64,000 bases of DNA from Nanobdellota archaeon (GTDB taxonomy: Archaea; Nanobdellota; Nanobdellia; Parvarchaeales; Parvarchaeaceae): NCBI GenBank assembly GCA_021846665.1, contig JAJZWM010000001.1:13598-77597 (forward strand), given 5' to 3'. Each line of letters begins with the position of its first letter. The first letter of the stretch is position 1. The notes below the pieces were generated by a model. The model did no database searches. It saw only the letters and a program-made list of their open reading frames with translations, and had not been told where the DNA came from. Shown in pieces: positions 28,898-38,100 of the stretch. The translations under genes and the position numbers were made by a program.

Positions 28898-29644
28898 TTA
28901 TCCTTTTATTCCCAAGTTTTCTTTTTCCTTATCAAAAAACCTATAATAATTAAGAGATTTTAATGCCTCAAAAGTTGCATAGCCTATATTTATTCTTGTA
29001 TTCGTCTGTCCATTTACCTTTGACCATACATCTTTTATCCCAGCAAGTTTCATTATAGTTTTTATATCGTCCATAACGCAAAAACTTATCCCCTTTGGGG
29101 CAGGTAGAAGAGTTACAACTACAGAACCACATTTTCCAGAAACTTTGAATGGAATTGAATGACTACCATGACATGCACACTCCCAGCTACCACATCCTCT
29201 CAGTATACTTATTATATTTAATTTAGCGTTCTTAAGTGCTTTCTCCTTTGCAATTACGGATTCCAGGCCTCTTCCTTTTCCTATACCTATATGACCATTT
29301 CCATCACCAATTACAGCCATTGCAGAAAAATGCTGTCTCTTAGCCTTTGCAGTTACCTTCTGTGTATTCCTTATTACCCTTCTTTTTCCTCCTCCGAGCT
29401 TACCTTTTGACTGACCAACATAAAGAAAATCTACCTGAAGATTTGGTATAAGGAAATCAACTATCTGTGGCTCAAGAATCTTAAGGTGCTTTTCCAGTAT
29501 TTCATCTATATCCTTTATCTCTCCGCTCTTAACCGCTTTCCCAAGTTCAGTTTTAAATTCGTAAGTCCTTCCAGCATAAACGGGATTTGCAGCTGCCTCT
29601 CTGCTCTCAACAACTTTTTTATCTACAACTTCTTCATTTTCCAT
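28898..29644 (-). CDS. rps5: Ribosomal protein uS5
   Basis: dsRBD and S5 domain motifs (VIGDGNGHIGIGKGRGLESVIAKEKA). Operon position. Confidence 0.85.
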   Translation of the reverse strand: MENEEVVDKKVVESREAAANPVYAGRTYEFKTELGKAVKSGEIKDIDEILEKHLKILEPQIVDFLIPNLQVDFLYVGQSKGKLGGGKRRVIRNTQKVTAKAKRQHFSAMAVIGDGNGHIGIGKGRGLESVIAKEKALKNAKLNIISILRGCGSWECACHGSHSIPFKVSGKCGSVVVTLLPAPKGISFCVMDDIKTIMKLAGIKDVWSKVNGQTNTRINIGYATFEALKSLNYYRFFDKEKENLGIKG

Positions 29645-30143
29645 TCTTTATATTCTCCAGTGTTTTATTAAAGTCTTCCCTTATATTTTTAATTTTATCT
29701 CCTACTGCTGAGAATTGATTTCCTTTTCTGTTATCGTAGTAACTGGATATATGTTCTCCATATAAACGTTTCTCATCGATTTTTATATCATCTGAATGAA
29801 CATCTACGCCAAAATCATGTAGGCCTTTCATTACGTAGTATATGAAACTATTTTCTTTTAAAGTTCTATTTCCTTTATCTAGTATAGCTTCCTTTACGTT
29901 TGATTTTTTACCTAATAAATAACCTATTAGATATGAAGCAGATGAATTTTTACTGCTAAAGTTCCAGCCAAACTTCTTTAAATCATTTCCTCTTACCATC
30001 GCTATCGTTTTATCCCCTTCTTCACTGTATTGTACAATATGCGCTATCACTGCTTTATCTGTCTTTCTGACTACTAATCTTGGTATGCCAGACTTTAGCA
30101 ATTCAAGCCTTTTTCTGTAATTAGTTCTTTTTGTATTTTTCAT
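29634..30143 (-). CDS. rpl18: Ribosomal protein uL18
   Basis: 169 aa. RLVVRKTDKAVIAHIV...GNDLKKFGW pattern. Operon position. Confidence 0.8.
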   Translation of the reverse strand: MKNTKRTNYRKRLELLKSGIPRLVVRKTDKAVIAHIVQYSEEGDKTIAMVRGNDLKKFGWNFSSKNSSASYLIGYLLGKKSNVKEAILDKGNRTLKENSFIYYVMKGLHDFGVDVHSDDIKIDEKRLYGEHISSYYDNRKGNQFSAVGDKIKNIREDFNKTLENIKNGK

Positions 30144-30589
30144 TGTCCTACCTTCTTCATTCCTTCAATATAATTTCTCATGTGGTTAACACTGTGAAAT
30201 GAATTTCCTTTTATCTTTTTATATAGCTGTCTGAATTCTTTCTTGTCTATCTTTCCCTGTTTCCTCTGCTTGAAAAGTTCATTTCTAAGCGCCCTTACTT
30301 TATCTATCCATTCAAAGTCCATTCTTGCAGATTTTTCTCCTTTCCTACTACCTATCCCTTTTCTATGTCCTCTTCTCTTCTTTTCATGGAGAACTCTGGC
30401 CCTTGCTCTGGACTGACCTACGAGTTCCTTTTTCTTTATTGTTCCCTTTGAGATAAGACTCTCTATATCTGCTCTTGTTATAGCTTCCTTTATGTCCTTA
30501 AACTTTGATGGATCTAGCCAAACTCTAGCTTCTCCAACATTTAAAACATTACTGGCTATCCTTCTTTGCGTTTTCAATTTCCCTTGCAT
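30140..30589 (-). CDS. rpl19e: Ribosomal protein eL19
   Basis: LKTQRRIASNVLNVGEARVWLDP N-terminus typical of L19e. Operon position. Confidence 0.85.
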   Translation of the reverse strand: MQGKLKTQRRIASNVLNVGEARVWLDPSKFKDIKEAITRADIESLISKGTIKKKELVGQSRARARVLHEKKRRGHRKGIGSRKGEKSARMDFEWIDKVRALRNELFKQRKQGKIDKKEFRQLYKKIKGNSFHSVNHMRNYIEGMKKVGQ

Positions 30590-30899
30590 AATTTATCACC
30601 ATTATCTTCTTTTCCTTGCATTTATTATATATTAATTTTCTCTTTAATGCACCTACTGATTTTCCGATTACAGCAATGTTTGTATCGTTTAATTTTTCAA
30701 CGTCTTTTAAGTTGAATATCCTTACTGGTATTTTACCTGCAATTCTGCCTCTCTTTGAAACAGGAGACATAAAACCTTTTGAAGGCATTTTTTTATGTCC
30801 TTTCTTACCTACTTTTGTCTTATTCTTCTTACCTGTTGGTTTTCTCCATGAATTACCAACTCTTTTAAGTTTTCTAGCATCGTGTTTTGTAAATTCCAT
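30549..30899 (-). CDS. rpl32e: Ribosomal protein eL32
   Basis: 116 aa, basic. KRVGNSWRKPTGKKNKTKVGKKGHKKMPSKGF pattern. Operon position. Confidence 0.8.
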   Translation of the reverse strand: MEFTKHDARKLKRVGNSWRKPTGKKNKTKVGKKGHKKMPSKGFMSPVSKRGRIAGKIPVRIFNLKDVEKLNDTNIAVIGKSVGALKRKLIYNKCKEKKIMVINYAREIENAKKDSQ

Positions 30900-30901
30900 A
30901 A

Positions 30902-31423
30902 TTAAGGTTTCTTAGTTATAAATACCCCATCCTTAAATACCCTTCTGTCTTTATTTTTTATCTGTATTTTAGATTCTATTGTGCCTGCTAATTGTCCTAC
31001 TTTATATTTGTCTATTCCAGATATTATTATTTTGTTTCCTTTTACCTCTACTTTTAAATCTTCTGGTACCTGTATCTCTCTTGGTTTTCTTTCTCCTACA
31101 AAATTTTCTACTGATATTTTATTTCCATTGAGCTTTAAAGAAGCTGGAAAGTGCATGTAAACTAACTCTAATTCTGCTGTATATCTTTCAGTTACTCCTT
31201 TTATCATATTTCTCACATTTGCTGCCAATGTTCCTGCAATGGATTTCTGAAACTTATTATCTTTTTCTGCTTCAATGAAAAGGGTATTGTCTTTCTTCTC
31301 TACTTTCAAAAAAGGATGTACTATTTCGGTATGCAATTCTCCTTCCTTTCCTTTAACAGTTATATTACTTCCGTTAAGTTCCAGATTTACTCCTGTTAAA
31401 TCAACCTTAAATTTAGTAGACAT
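30902..31423 (-). CDS. rpl6: Ribosomal protein uL6
   Basis: 173 aa. Two-repeat L6 fold pattern (VKGKEGELHTEIVHPFLKVEKKDN...). Operon position. Confidence 0.8.
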   Translation of the reverse strand: MSTKFKVDLTGVNLELNGSNITVKGKEGELHTEIVHPFLKVEKKDNTLFIEAEKDNKFQKSIAGTLAANVRNMIKGVTERYTAELELVYMHFPASLKLNGNKISVENFVGERKPREIQVPEDLKVEVKGNKIIISGIDKYKVGQLAGTIESKIQIKNKDRRVFKDGVFITKKP

Positions 31424-31799
31424 AAGCTAAAAGGCTACCTCCTATCATTAATCGTTTCGCTTCTTCGTTTGTGATTACTCCTTTATTTGTAGACAAAAGT
31501 ATTAAGCCAAAGCCCAAAGCAGGTAAGTACCTTTTCTCATATTTTACTATATCTCCTGCTTTTATTGGTATTCTAGGCCTTATAGCCTTACATTCATTTA
31601 AGTGCTCATTTATATCTATTTTTACGAATCCGCCTCTTACATCATTTATTATCTCGTAATTGTCAATGTATCCTCCTTTTTTGATAAGTTCCAAGAGATT
31701 AATTAAAAGCTTGCTATTTGGACTCACAACGCAGGATTTCTTACCTACTTTTCTTGCAACGTTTATAGTATTGAATATAGTTGAAAGTGAATCTACCAT
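31413..31799 (-). CDS. rps8: Ribosomal protein uS8
   Basis: 128 aa. LSTIFNTINVARKVGKKSCVV N-terminus. Operon position. Confidence 0.85.
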   Translation of the reverse strand: MVDSLSTIFNTINVARKVGKKSCVVSPNSKLLINLLELIKKGGYIDNYEIINDVRGGFVKIDINEHLNECKAIRPRIPIKAGDIVKYEKRYLPALGFGLILLSTNKGVITNEEAKRLMIGGSLLAYVY

Positions 31800-31801
31800 A
31801 A

Positions 31802-32038
31802 TTATGCCTCCTTTCCGTACTTTTTAAATCCAAGATCGGGAGCGATCTCTCTAAAGCACTGTCTACAGTAGTTAAGGCCATGTATCTTTATGTGGCCCTC
31901 TGCCCTATTACAACGTATACATAAATGTGCTCTTCTGTCATGCGGCTGCATCTTATGTTTGTTGAATTTTATAAATCTGGCTCTCTTTGCTGGATTGGTT
32001 GAATGTACCTTTAATATTTTTTCGAATTGAGTTTCCAT
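31802..32038 (-). CDS. rps14: Ribosomal protein uS14 (zinc-binding type); true start possibly at the internal Met
   Basis: C-terminal [35 protein letters not shown] zinc-ribbon motif. The 78-aa ORF is longer than a typical archaeal S14 (~50-60 aa). Confidence 0.8.
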   Translation of the reverse strand: METQFEKILKVHSTNPAKRARFIKFNKHKMQPHDRRAHLCIRCNRAEGHIKIHGLNYCRQCFREIAPDLGFKKYGKEA

Positions 32039-32044
32039 GATTCT

Positions 32045-32596
32045 TTAAATAACCTTCACATTATATTTATTCTTTATGAATTCTACTGCCTCATCTTTTT
32101 TAATTAGATGTGACTTACCTATATTAGATTTATTCCTTCTTTTAGTTATACCAAATCCTCTTCTAGATAATGTAACATTTACTGAAAGTCCAACTATACC
32201 TATCGTATAATCATATTTAGCCCCAGGTATATGTATATATTCTTTTATTCCAAAAGATAAATTACCCTTTTCATCGAAATTAGAGTCCTTTATAGAGTTC
32301 TCAACCGCAGTAAACATTCTTTTTAATACTTCCTCAGCAGCCTGTTTTCTTAAAGTTGTCTTTACTCCTATCTCAAGCCCAGGCCTTAATCCCCATTCAG
32401 GTATTCTTTTTTTAGTCTCTGTCTTTACTACCTTCGAACCTGAAATCTGCTCTAACAAACTCCTTATTTTTTCAAGTCTTTCTCCAGGCTCTCCTACTCC
32501 TATGTTCAACGTAACCTTTTCAACAAAGATATCTCTCATTTTATTTTCCATATTATAAAACCATACAAGATTTAATTGATGAAACGAAGTCACCAT
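32045..32596 (-). CDS. rpl5: Ribosomal protein uL5 (probable true start at the internal MENKMRD.., ~32551)
   Basis: VKTTLRKQAAEEVLKRMF...FGIKEYIHIPGAKYD pattern. Operon position between S4e and S14. Confidence 0.85.
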   Translation of the reverse strand: MVTSFHQLNLVWFYNMENKMRDIFVEKVTLNIGVGEPGERLEKIRSLLEQISGSKVVKTETKKRIPEWGLRPGLEIGVKTTLRKQAAEEVLKRMFTAVENSIKDSNFDEKGNLSFGIKEYIHIPGAKYDYTIGIVGLSVNVTLSRRGFGITKRRNKSNIGKSHLIKKDEAVEFIKNKYNVKVI

Positions 32597-33215
32597 CTTT
32601 TCCAGAAACTAAAACAAAGTAACCATTAATCTCCTTTATTTTTCCTGTTCTTCCCGCATTTTTACCGTTAAAAATTATGACTTCTTTCCCCTGTTCAAAA
32701 GGTATTCTGTCTTTTATCTTACCACTAGAGAGGTCCAATACTATAGAGTCATTTATTTCTATGCCTCCCTTTTCAGCTACGATGTTCCTTGCATCACTCG
32801 TAAAAAGTATGTCCTTTGAGCCTTTTCCTTTGTACTTTGACATTATCTTTACTTTTTTACTGTCTACCTTTTCATCCTGCTTTACTGCAATTATTTTTCC
32901 TTTTTCATTTAGCCATACAAGAAAATAATCATCTTTGATGTTTACAATATCGGAGAAACCTACAGCATATTTCTCTTCCTTTATTTTTTTACCGTCTACC
33001 GAAACAAACCCTGCTTTTATCAAGTACCTAGCTTCTCTTGCATTTCCAGCTATATTTAGCACATCTCTTAAAAAGCCCAATATAGATACACCCTGTCTGG
33101 AACTATGTTTTCCTGGAAGTGGCTTTACATAATACTTGTATTTTTTCCTAGGTATAACTAAAGAATTGGTAACTGCACTTCTCTTAAGATGTTTCGATTC
33201 ACCGTGTCTTGCCAT
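32553..33215 (-). CDS. rps4e: Ribosomal protein eS4
   Basis: 220 aa. ARHGESKHLKRSAV N-terminus. S4 and KOW-like segments. Operon position. Confidence 0.85.
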   Translation of the reverse strand: MARHGESKHLKRSAVTNSLVIPRKKYKYYVKPLPGKHSSRQGVSILGFLRDVLNIAGNAREARYLIKAGFVSVDGKKIKEEKYAVGFSDIVNIKDDYFLVWLNEKGKIIAVKQDEKVDSKKVKIMSKYKGKGSKDILFTSDARNIVAEKGGIEINDSIVLDLSSGKIKDRIPFEQGKEVIIFNGKNAGRTGKIKEINGYFVLVSGKDGDFVSSIKSCMVL

Positions 33216-33591
33216 AAGACTCTATTTTCTCTAACCTCCTTGCATCGGACAGATTAAGATCTGTTATTATTAAAGCCGATGGTCTAATTTTAAAAGGAAC
33301 CTTATTTCCTTTCTTCGTTATGTTCTTAGCTGAATCAATACTTACTTTTAACTGTTTCGTATAGACTTTATCTACCTTTCCTTCCTTTCCCTTAAACTTT
33401 CCTCTTGTAATTAATACAGTATCTCCTTTTTTCAACAGTACATTCCTTGTTTTATATTTTGCTCTTAACTCCTTTGATAAATGAACAGAAATCATCTTTC
33501 TTTTTATATGCAAAGGAGCATTTGTTCTGTATTTTCTCTGCTTCTTAGGAGAAGTACTCGAAACCCAATGTCTGCTAAAATTATTTTTCAT
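33199..33591 (-). CDS. rpl24: Ribosomal protein uL24
   Basis: KOW motif KKGDTVLITRGKFKGKEGKVDKV. Operon position. Confidence 0.85.
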   Translation of the reverse strand: MKNNFSRHWVSSTSPKKQRKYRTNAPLHIKRKMISVHLSKELRAKYKTRNVLLKKGDTVLITRGKFKGKEGKVDKVYTKQLKVSIDSAKNITKKGNKVPFKIRPSALIITDLNLSDARRLEKIESYGKTR

Positions 33592-34019
33592 ACAATCTTC
33601 GAAGCTATCTTAGTTATATTAGGGAAACGTATAGAAATCTCCCTAGCTATCGGCCCTCTTATAATAGTGCCCTGAGGTTCATATTTGTCTATATCTTTAA
33701 CTATTGCACATGCATTATCCTCAAACGAAACTCTCGTACCATCATGCCTTCTATATTCTTTTCTTTGTCTTACGACTACTGCTGGAAACTTCTTATGAAC
33801 TGTATCAGGTGAACCTTTCTTTACAACAACAAATATTGTATCTCCGATTCCGCACTTTGGCTGCCTGTCTTTTACACCGTGATAATTCCTTATGTTTACG
33901 ACCTTTACTATCTTTGCTCCGGAATTATCAGCTACCATTATCCAACTTCCCACATTTATAGATTTAGAGATCTTTGCTCTTATTGCCTTTAAACCGGCTC
34001 CCTTCCTTCCTGTTCCCAT
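33588..34019 (-). CDS. rpl14: Ribosomal protein uL14
   Basis: ADNSGAKIVKVVNI...GDTIFVVVKKG pattern. Operon position. Confidence 0.9.
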   Translation of the reverse strand: MGTGRKGAGLKAIRAKISKSINVGSWIMVADNSGAKIVKVVNIRNYHGVKDRQPKCGIGDTIFVVVKKGSPDTVHKKFPAVVVRQRKEYRRHDGTRVSFEDNACAIVKDIDKYEPQGTIIRGPIAREISIRFPNITKIASKIV

Positions 34020-34020
34020 A

Positions 34021-34335
34021 TCACTCTAATTTCCTCACAACTACAAACCTTTTCCATCTACTTATTGGTCTTGTTTCATATATCACTACTTTATCATTTA
34101 ATTTTGCTGATATGCACTCTGGATTATGAGCAAGCACTCTACTTCTTATCTTTACATATCTATCGTATTTTCCTAACCTTCTAAAAACCGTCCAGCTTAC
34201 TGTAACGGTTTTATCAGCTTTAGCAGAAGTAACTATTCCTTCAAACCTTCTACCATGAACCCTTAACTGTCCATGATACGGGCAATGAATATCATTGCAG
34301 CTATTCTCTGGCTTCTTCAAATCTTCATAAAGCAT
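34021..34335 (-). CDS. rps17: Ribosomal protein uS17
   Basis: GIVTSAKADKTVTVSWTVFRRLGKYDRYVKIRSRVLAHNPE pattern. Operon position. Confidence 0.85.
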   Translation of the reverse strand: MLYEDLKKPENSCNDIHCPYHGQLRVHGRRFEGIVTSAKADKTVTVSWTVFRRLGKYDRYVKIRSRVLAHNPECISAKLNDKVVIYETRPISRWKRFVVVRKLE

Positions 34336-34534
34336 ATTCCCATGGCCTCATATTTATATCATTTCCATTCACTTTTATTTCTTTTTTATTCATATGTACT
34401 ATAAATCTGTTTCCATCCTTTATAACTCTTCTTATACCACTTACTGTTTCAAGTAGCAAAGTATTTTTCGTTTCATCTATTACTTTACCTTCCAAATTTT
34501 TCCCTATTACTTTCAATTTAAATCCTATCAGCAT
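34325..34534 (-). CDS. rnp1: RNase P protein component 1 (Rpp29/Pop4 family), unusually short (69 aa)
   Basis: GKVIDETKNTLLLETVSGIRRVIKDGNRFIVHMNKKEIKVNGNDINMRPWEYAL matches the Sm-like core of archaeal Rpp29 (G-K-I-I-D-E-T-x-N-T-L..). Canonical position upstream of S17. Confidence 0.65.
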   Translation of the reverse strand: MLIGFKLKVIGKNLEGKVIDETKNTLLLETVSGIRRVIKDGNRFIVHMNKKEIKVNGNDINMRPWEYAL

Positions 34535-34585
34535 TAGCTATCTTAAAATATTTAAATTTAAAAATGTTTTCAAACAGCAAATAAA

Positions 34586-34849
34586 TCAAATTAAACCTAG
34601 TTGTGTGGCAACATCCATGGCCTGGAATTCTGGCTTTAACTTTACTACTGCTACCTTTCTGGAATCCATCCTATTTATTATGTTTATGCTTTCAACCTTT
34701 GCTTTAAGCAAAGCTTCTACTTCTTTCTTTATTAATATCTTGTTTGAATCTTTTGATACTATAAATGAAAGCTTGTTTTCAGTCTGCATTAATCTTGTAG
34801 ATTTTTCACCACTTAAAACACTTATTAGATATTTTAAATTTTCTTCCAT
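34586..34849 (-). CDS. rpl23: Ribosomal protein uL23
   Basis: 87 aa. EKSTRLMQTENKLSFIVSKDSNKILIKKEVEALLKAKVESINIIN...KVAVVKLKPEFQAMDVATQLGLI matches uL23. Follows L4. Confidence 0.8.
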   Translation of the reverse strand: MEENLKYLISVLSGEKSTRLMQTENKLSFIVSKDSNKILIKKEVEALLKAKVESINIINRMDSRKVAVVKLKPEFQAMDVATQLGLI

Positions 34850-34851
34850 AT

Positions 34852-35637
34852 TTACCTGAGATTTTCAATTGCCCCTTTTGTCCATACAATCAGTCTTCCT
34901 GGCCTGCCTGCCTGTGAAACATCAATCATTGATAACGCCGATGGATTTGTAACCTTTATATTTAGATTTGAAAATGCACTTGGAGCCTTCTCATTTTCTT
35001 TCACAACAAGAACTATGCCTAATCTTTTTCTGTATTTTCTTCCTCTTAGTTTTCCCTTCCCACTCCTTATAGTTTTCTTCATTATTCTATCAAGCTCTGC
35101 ACTTAGACCTATAGAAGAGAGCAGATTTTTTGCTTCTTTTGTCTTTTTCACTGTTATTGCAGAATCATCTACAACTATTGGTAGTTCCTTTATTCCATCA
35201 ATAGAATGAAACATTGAAACCTGTTTTATATCGGCAGATGCTGCTATGCCCATTTTAATTGCAAGTTTTCTTTCCTTCTTATTTATTTCCTTTACCAGTC
35301 TTTTATCAGCTTGTGGAGGATGTGCTTCTCTTCCACCGACAGTATTTGGAGCAACTGCACCTACATAACTAAAATTAGTACCTACCCTAGAAAGAGTTTT
35401 TCTTGGTGTTCTATCTAAACCTCTTCCATAGCTTGTTTTAAAAGCTCTTCTTCTTTTTGTAAGCTCCGCTACATTTCTTTTACCTGCCATCGGATCTGTA
35501 TATTTTAGCTGGAACTTTTTAGACTGTTCTGCAAGAAATGCTTTTTTAAATGTAGTATAGTTGAACTCTGTGCTGAATACTTCTGGCAATTTAATCTCTC
35601 CACTTTCCTTACCGTCAGACGAAAATACTTTTACCAT
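34852..35637 (-). CDS. rpl4: Ribosomal protein uL4
   Basis: 261 aa. AGKRNVAELTKRRRAFKTSYGRGLDRTPRK...PPQADKRL pattern. Operon position. Confidence 0.85.
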   Translation of the reverse strand: MVKVFSSDGKESGEIKLPEVFSTEFNYTTFKKAFLAEQSKKFQLKYTDPMAGKRNVAELTKRRRAFKTSYGRGLDRTPRKTLSRVGTNFSYVGAVAPNTVGGREAHPPQADKRLVKEINKKERKLAIKMGIAASADIKQVSMFHSIDGIKELPIVVDDSAITVKKTKEAKNLLSSIGLSAELDRIMKKTIRSGKGKLRGRKYRKRLGIVLVVKENEKAPSAFSNLNIKVTNPSALSMIDVSQAGRPGRLIVWTKGAIENLR

Positions 35638-35638
35638 A

Positions 35639-36589
35639 TCACTTCAATAATGTTATTTTTACCGGTTCAGCCTTTCTTGTAGGTCTTATTGCTTTTCTCA
35701 TTATAATTAGTCTGCTAGCACTTCCTGGAACTGAACCCTTTAAGACTATAGCATTGCCCTTTAAGTTGCCATAGTTTTTATATCCACTAGGTATATTTAC
35801 TTCCTGGGGATCTTTTACAACCTTGAATACAAATTTATTATATTCAACCCTAGAATTAAAACCTAATCTACCATGCTGTGGGACTGTATACTGAACCTTT
35901 GCCATTGTTTCTGCACCCAGGTTACCAGCTTTTCTTCTAGATTTACTAGCATGCACAGGATATATCTTTACACCGTAACGCTTTACGGATCCCTGAAAAC
36001 CTTTACCTTTTGTTATTGCACCTACATCAACAAAAGTACCATCTTTTATGACTGAAGAAACTTCTATTGATTTACTTAAAAAATTCTTTGCGGTCTCTAA
36101 TTTTTCATCGAAATTTCCGCCTACTGCCAATTCGAATATCTCTGGTTTTTTCTTTAGGCCTATAGACCATGGCTGTGTAGCTACTAGTAAACGTAGATCA
36201 TTGGCTTTTCCTTTAAAATCATCTACACTTTTATTATTTTCTTTAAATTTCACCTTTCTCTGAACGTATTTGTTTATATTTGTTCCCCAGCTTTCTCCAA
36301 CAGTTATTCCATTATTGTAGAATCTTACTGCACAGACTAACAAAGGTGGACATTCAATTACAGTTGCATTTGTCATTACTTCCATTTTAAATGTAGGTGA
36401 ACTTTTGTTAGAATCAATATAAACGAGCTGTATCATTCCAGCTTTATAGCCGGCAAATCCCCCTATTTCCCCTTTTTCTAGATCCTTAAAATTGTTAACT
36501 GTATTATAAGGTCGTTTACTCTTTCTTATAGGGTAATACTGCAAACTTCCTCTTCTAGGAGTACTCTTCTTCGTTATCTGATGTCCCAT
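35639..36589 (-). CDS. rpl3: Ribosomal protein uL3
   Basis: 316 aa. FAGYKAGMIQLV...VTKGKGFQGSVKRYGV motifs. First gene of the cluster. Confidence 0.9.
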   Translation of the reverse strand: MGHQITKKSTPRRGSLQYYPIRKSKRPYNTVNNFKDLEKGEIGGFAGYKAGMIQLVYIDSNKSSPTFKMEVMTNATVIECPPLLVCAVRFYNNGITVGESWGTNINKYVQRKVKFKENNKSVDDFKGKANDLRLLVATQPWSIGLKKKPEIFELAVGGNFDEKLETAKNFLSKSIEVSSVIKDGTFVDVGAITKGKGFQGSVKRYGVKIYPVHASKSRRKAGNLGAETMAKVQYTVPQHGRLGFNSRVEYNKFVFKVVKDPQEVNIPSGYKNYGNLKGNAIVLKGSVPGSASRLIIMRKAIRPTRKAEPVKITLLK

Positions 36590-36728
36590 AATTTAATTGC
36601 AATTGTTTTATTTACTGATATAGATTTTTTACGTTTAAATAGATTAACATTTAAGCTTATATTTCATTTAACATATAAATTCTTTCAATTTCACCATTAT
36701 ATAGGTTTTTTTATTAAAAATCTTATAT

Positions 36729-38069
36729 TTAAAAACTTATTATCCTTATGTTCTCTGTTGAATTTTCACTCAATGATAGACCTGAAATAACTATAGCTTT
36801 TTTTATGCCGTACTCCTTAGCTATCTTAAGAAGGTTTCCCTCTGCTTTTTCCAGGCTTTCCACAGAGATACCTTTAACATTTTTGCTGAAGGATAACTTA
36901 GAGAAAGCCATTTTGTTGTTTGTAATAGCAAAGATATCCAATTGGAGGTGGTGTCTTGAAAGCCTAAATGCACTTCTACCAGAAGGAGTAAATGTTATTA
37001 TCTTGTTTATCTTAGTGTTTATGACTAGGTCTATCACTGAATTTAATATTGCGTCATGTATATCCTCTATCTTATATCTTTTTATAATACCAGAATAATG
37101 ATATTTTTCTATTATTCTTTTTAGCATTGATACAGCCTTTAAAGGATAAACCCCTATTGCTGTTTCTTCTGAAAGCATAACAGCATCTGTTCCTTCGTCT
37201 ATAGCAGTGAAAACGTCATCCGCCTCTGCTCTGGTTGGCATTACGTTATTTGTCATAGATTCAAGCATTTGCGTAGCCGTTATAACAGGCTTGCTATTTT
37301 CATTACATAGTGCTAAAAGTCTCTTTTGAACTTCCGGCAAATCCGCAATATCTATATTTAAACCTAGATCCCCTCTAGCAATCATTATAACATCGGCTAC
37401 TCTTACTATCTCTTTAAAATTTTTTACTGCTTCTATCCTTTCTATCTTTGCTATCAAAACGCTTTTTTCTCCTGCTATTTTCCTAGCATTCTCTATATCT
37501 TTTGCACTTGATATAAAAGACAAAGCAAAGGTATTTATACCCAAGCTTAGACCGAATTTTATTCCTTCTTCATCTTTCTTTGTTGGATATCTACCGGGAT
37601 AGGAAATTCCCTTAAAATTTATACTCTGCTCATTAAGTAAAACGCCATTATTTAAGGCCTTTGCAACTAAAAGACCCATCTCCTTTCTCATTGGCTTAAA
37701 TTCTATCTTGCCATCCGATAAAAGGAGCTTGCTTTTCATATTTATTCTTTTTATTATTTCGTCTGATACTTGTATCTGCCCATTCTTACCAAAGGTGTAT
37801 TCCGTTCCTTCCTTTATCTCTATTTTATCCCCATGAACTTTTCCTGTTCTAAGTTTAGGCCCTGGTAAATCAAAAAGCATTAGAACGTTCCTTTTTGTTT
37901 CTTCTTCTACTTTCCTAACGTTCGCAACTACTCTTGTAAAATACTCATTATCACCATGCGATAAATTAAATCTGAATACGTCTACTCCTTTAAGAACCAT
38001 CTTTTTAAGCATTTCGTAACTGTCACATGCTGGACCAATTGTTACTACTGTTTTAATCCTGCTTACCAT
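36729..38069 (-). CDS. pyk: Pyruvate kinase
   Basis: 446 aa. N-terminal KTVVTIGPACDSYEMLKKMVLKGVDVFRFNLSHG. MIARGDLG motif. Barrel and C-terminal domain arrangement. Confidence 0.85.
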   Translation of the reverse strand: MVSRIKTVVTIGPACDSYEMLKKMVLKGVDVFRFNLSHGDNEYFTRVVANVRKVEEETKRNVLMLFDLPGPKLRTGKVHGDKIEIKEGTEYTFGKNGQIQVSDEIIKRINMKSKLLLSDGKIEFKPMRKEMGLLVAKALNNGVLLNEQSINFKGISYPGRYPTKKDEEGIKFGLSLGINTFALSFISSAKDIENARKIAGEKSVLIAKIERIEAVKNFKEIVRVADVIMIARGDLGLNIDIADLPEVQKRLLALCNENSKPVITATQMLESMTNNVMPTRAEADDVFTAIDEGTDAVMLSEETAIGVYPLKAVSMLKRIIEKYHYSGIIKRYKIEDIHDAILNSVIDLVINTKINKIITFTPSGRSAFRLSRHHLQLDIFAITNNKMAFSKLSFSKNVKGISVESLEKAEGNLLKIAKEYGIKKAIVISGLSLSENSTENIRIISF

Positions 38070-38100
38070 AGTTATCTTAAAATCTACAAGAATTTATACA

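Noticed and set aside
31802-32038. Long N-terminal extension of S14
   Set aside because: Probably an ORF-caller artifact (upstream in-frame ATG). Zinc-ribbon core is intact, so not flagged as unusual.
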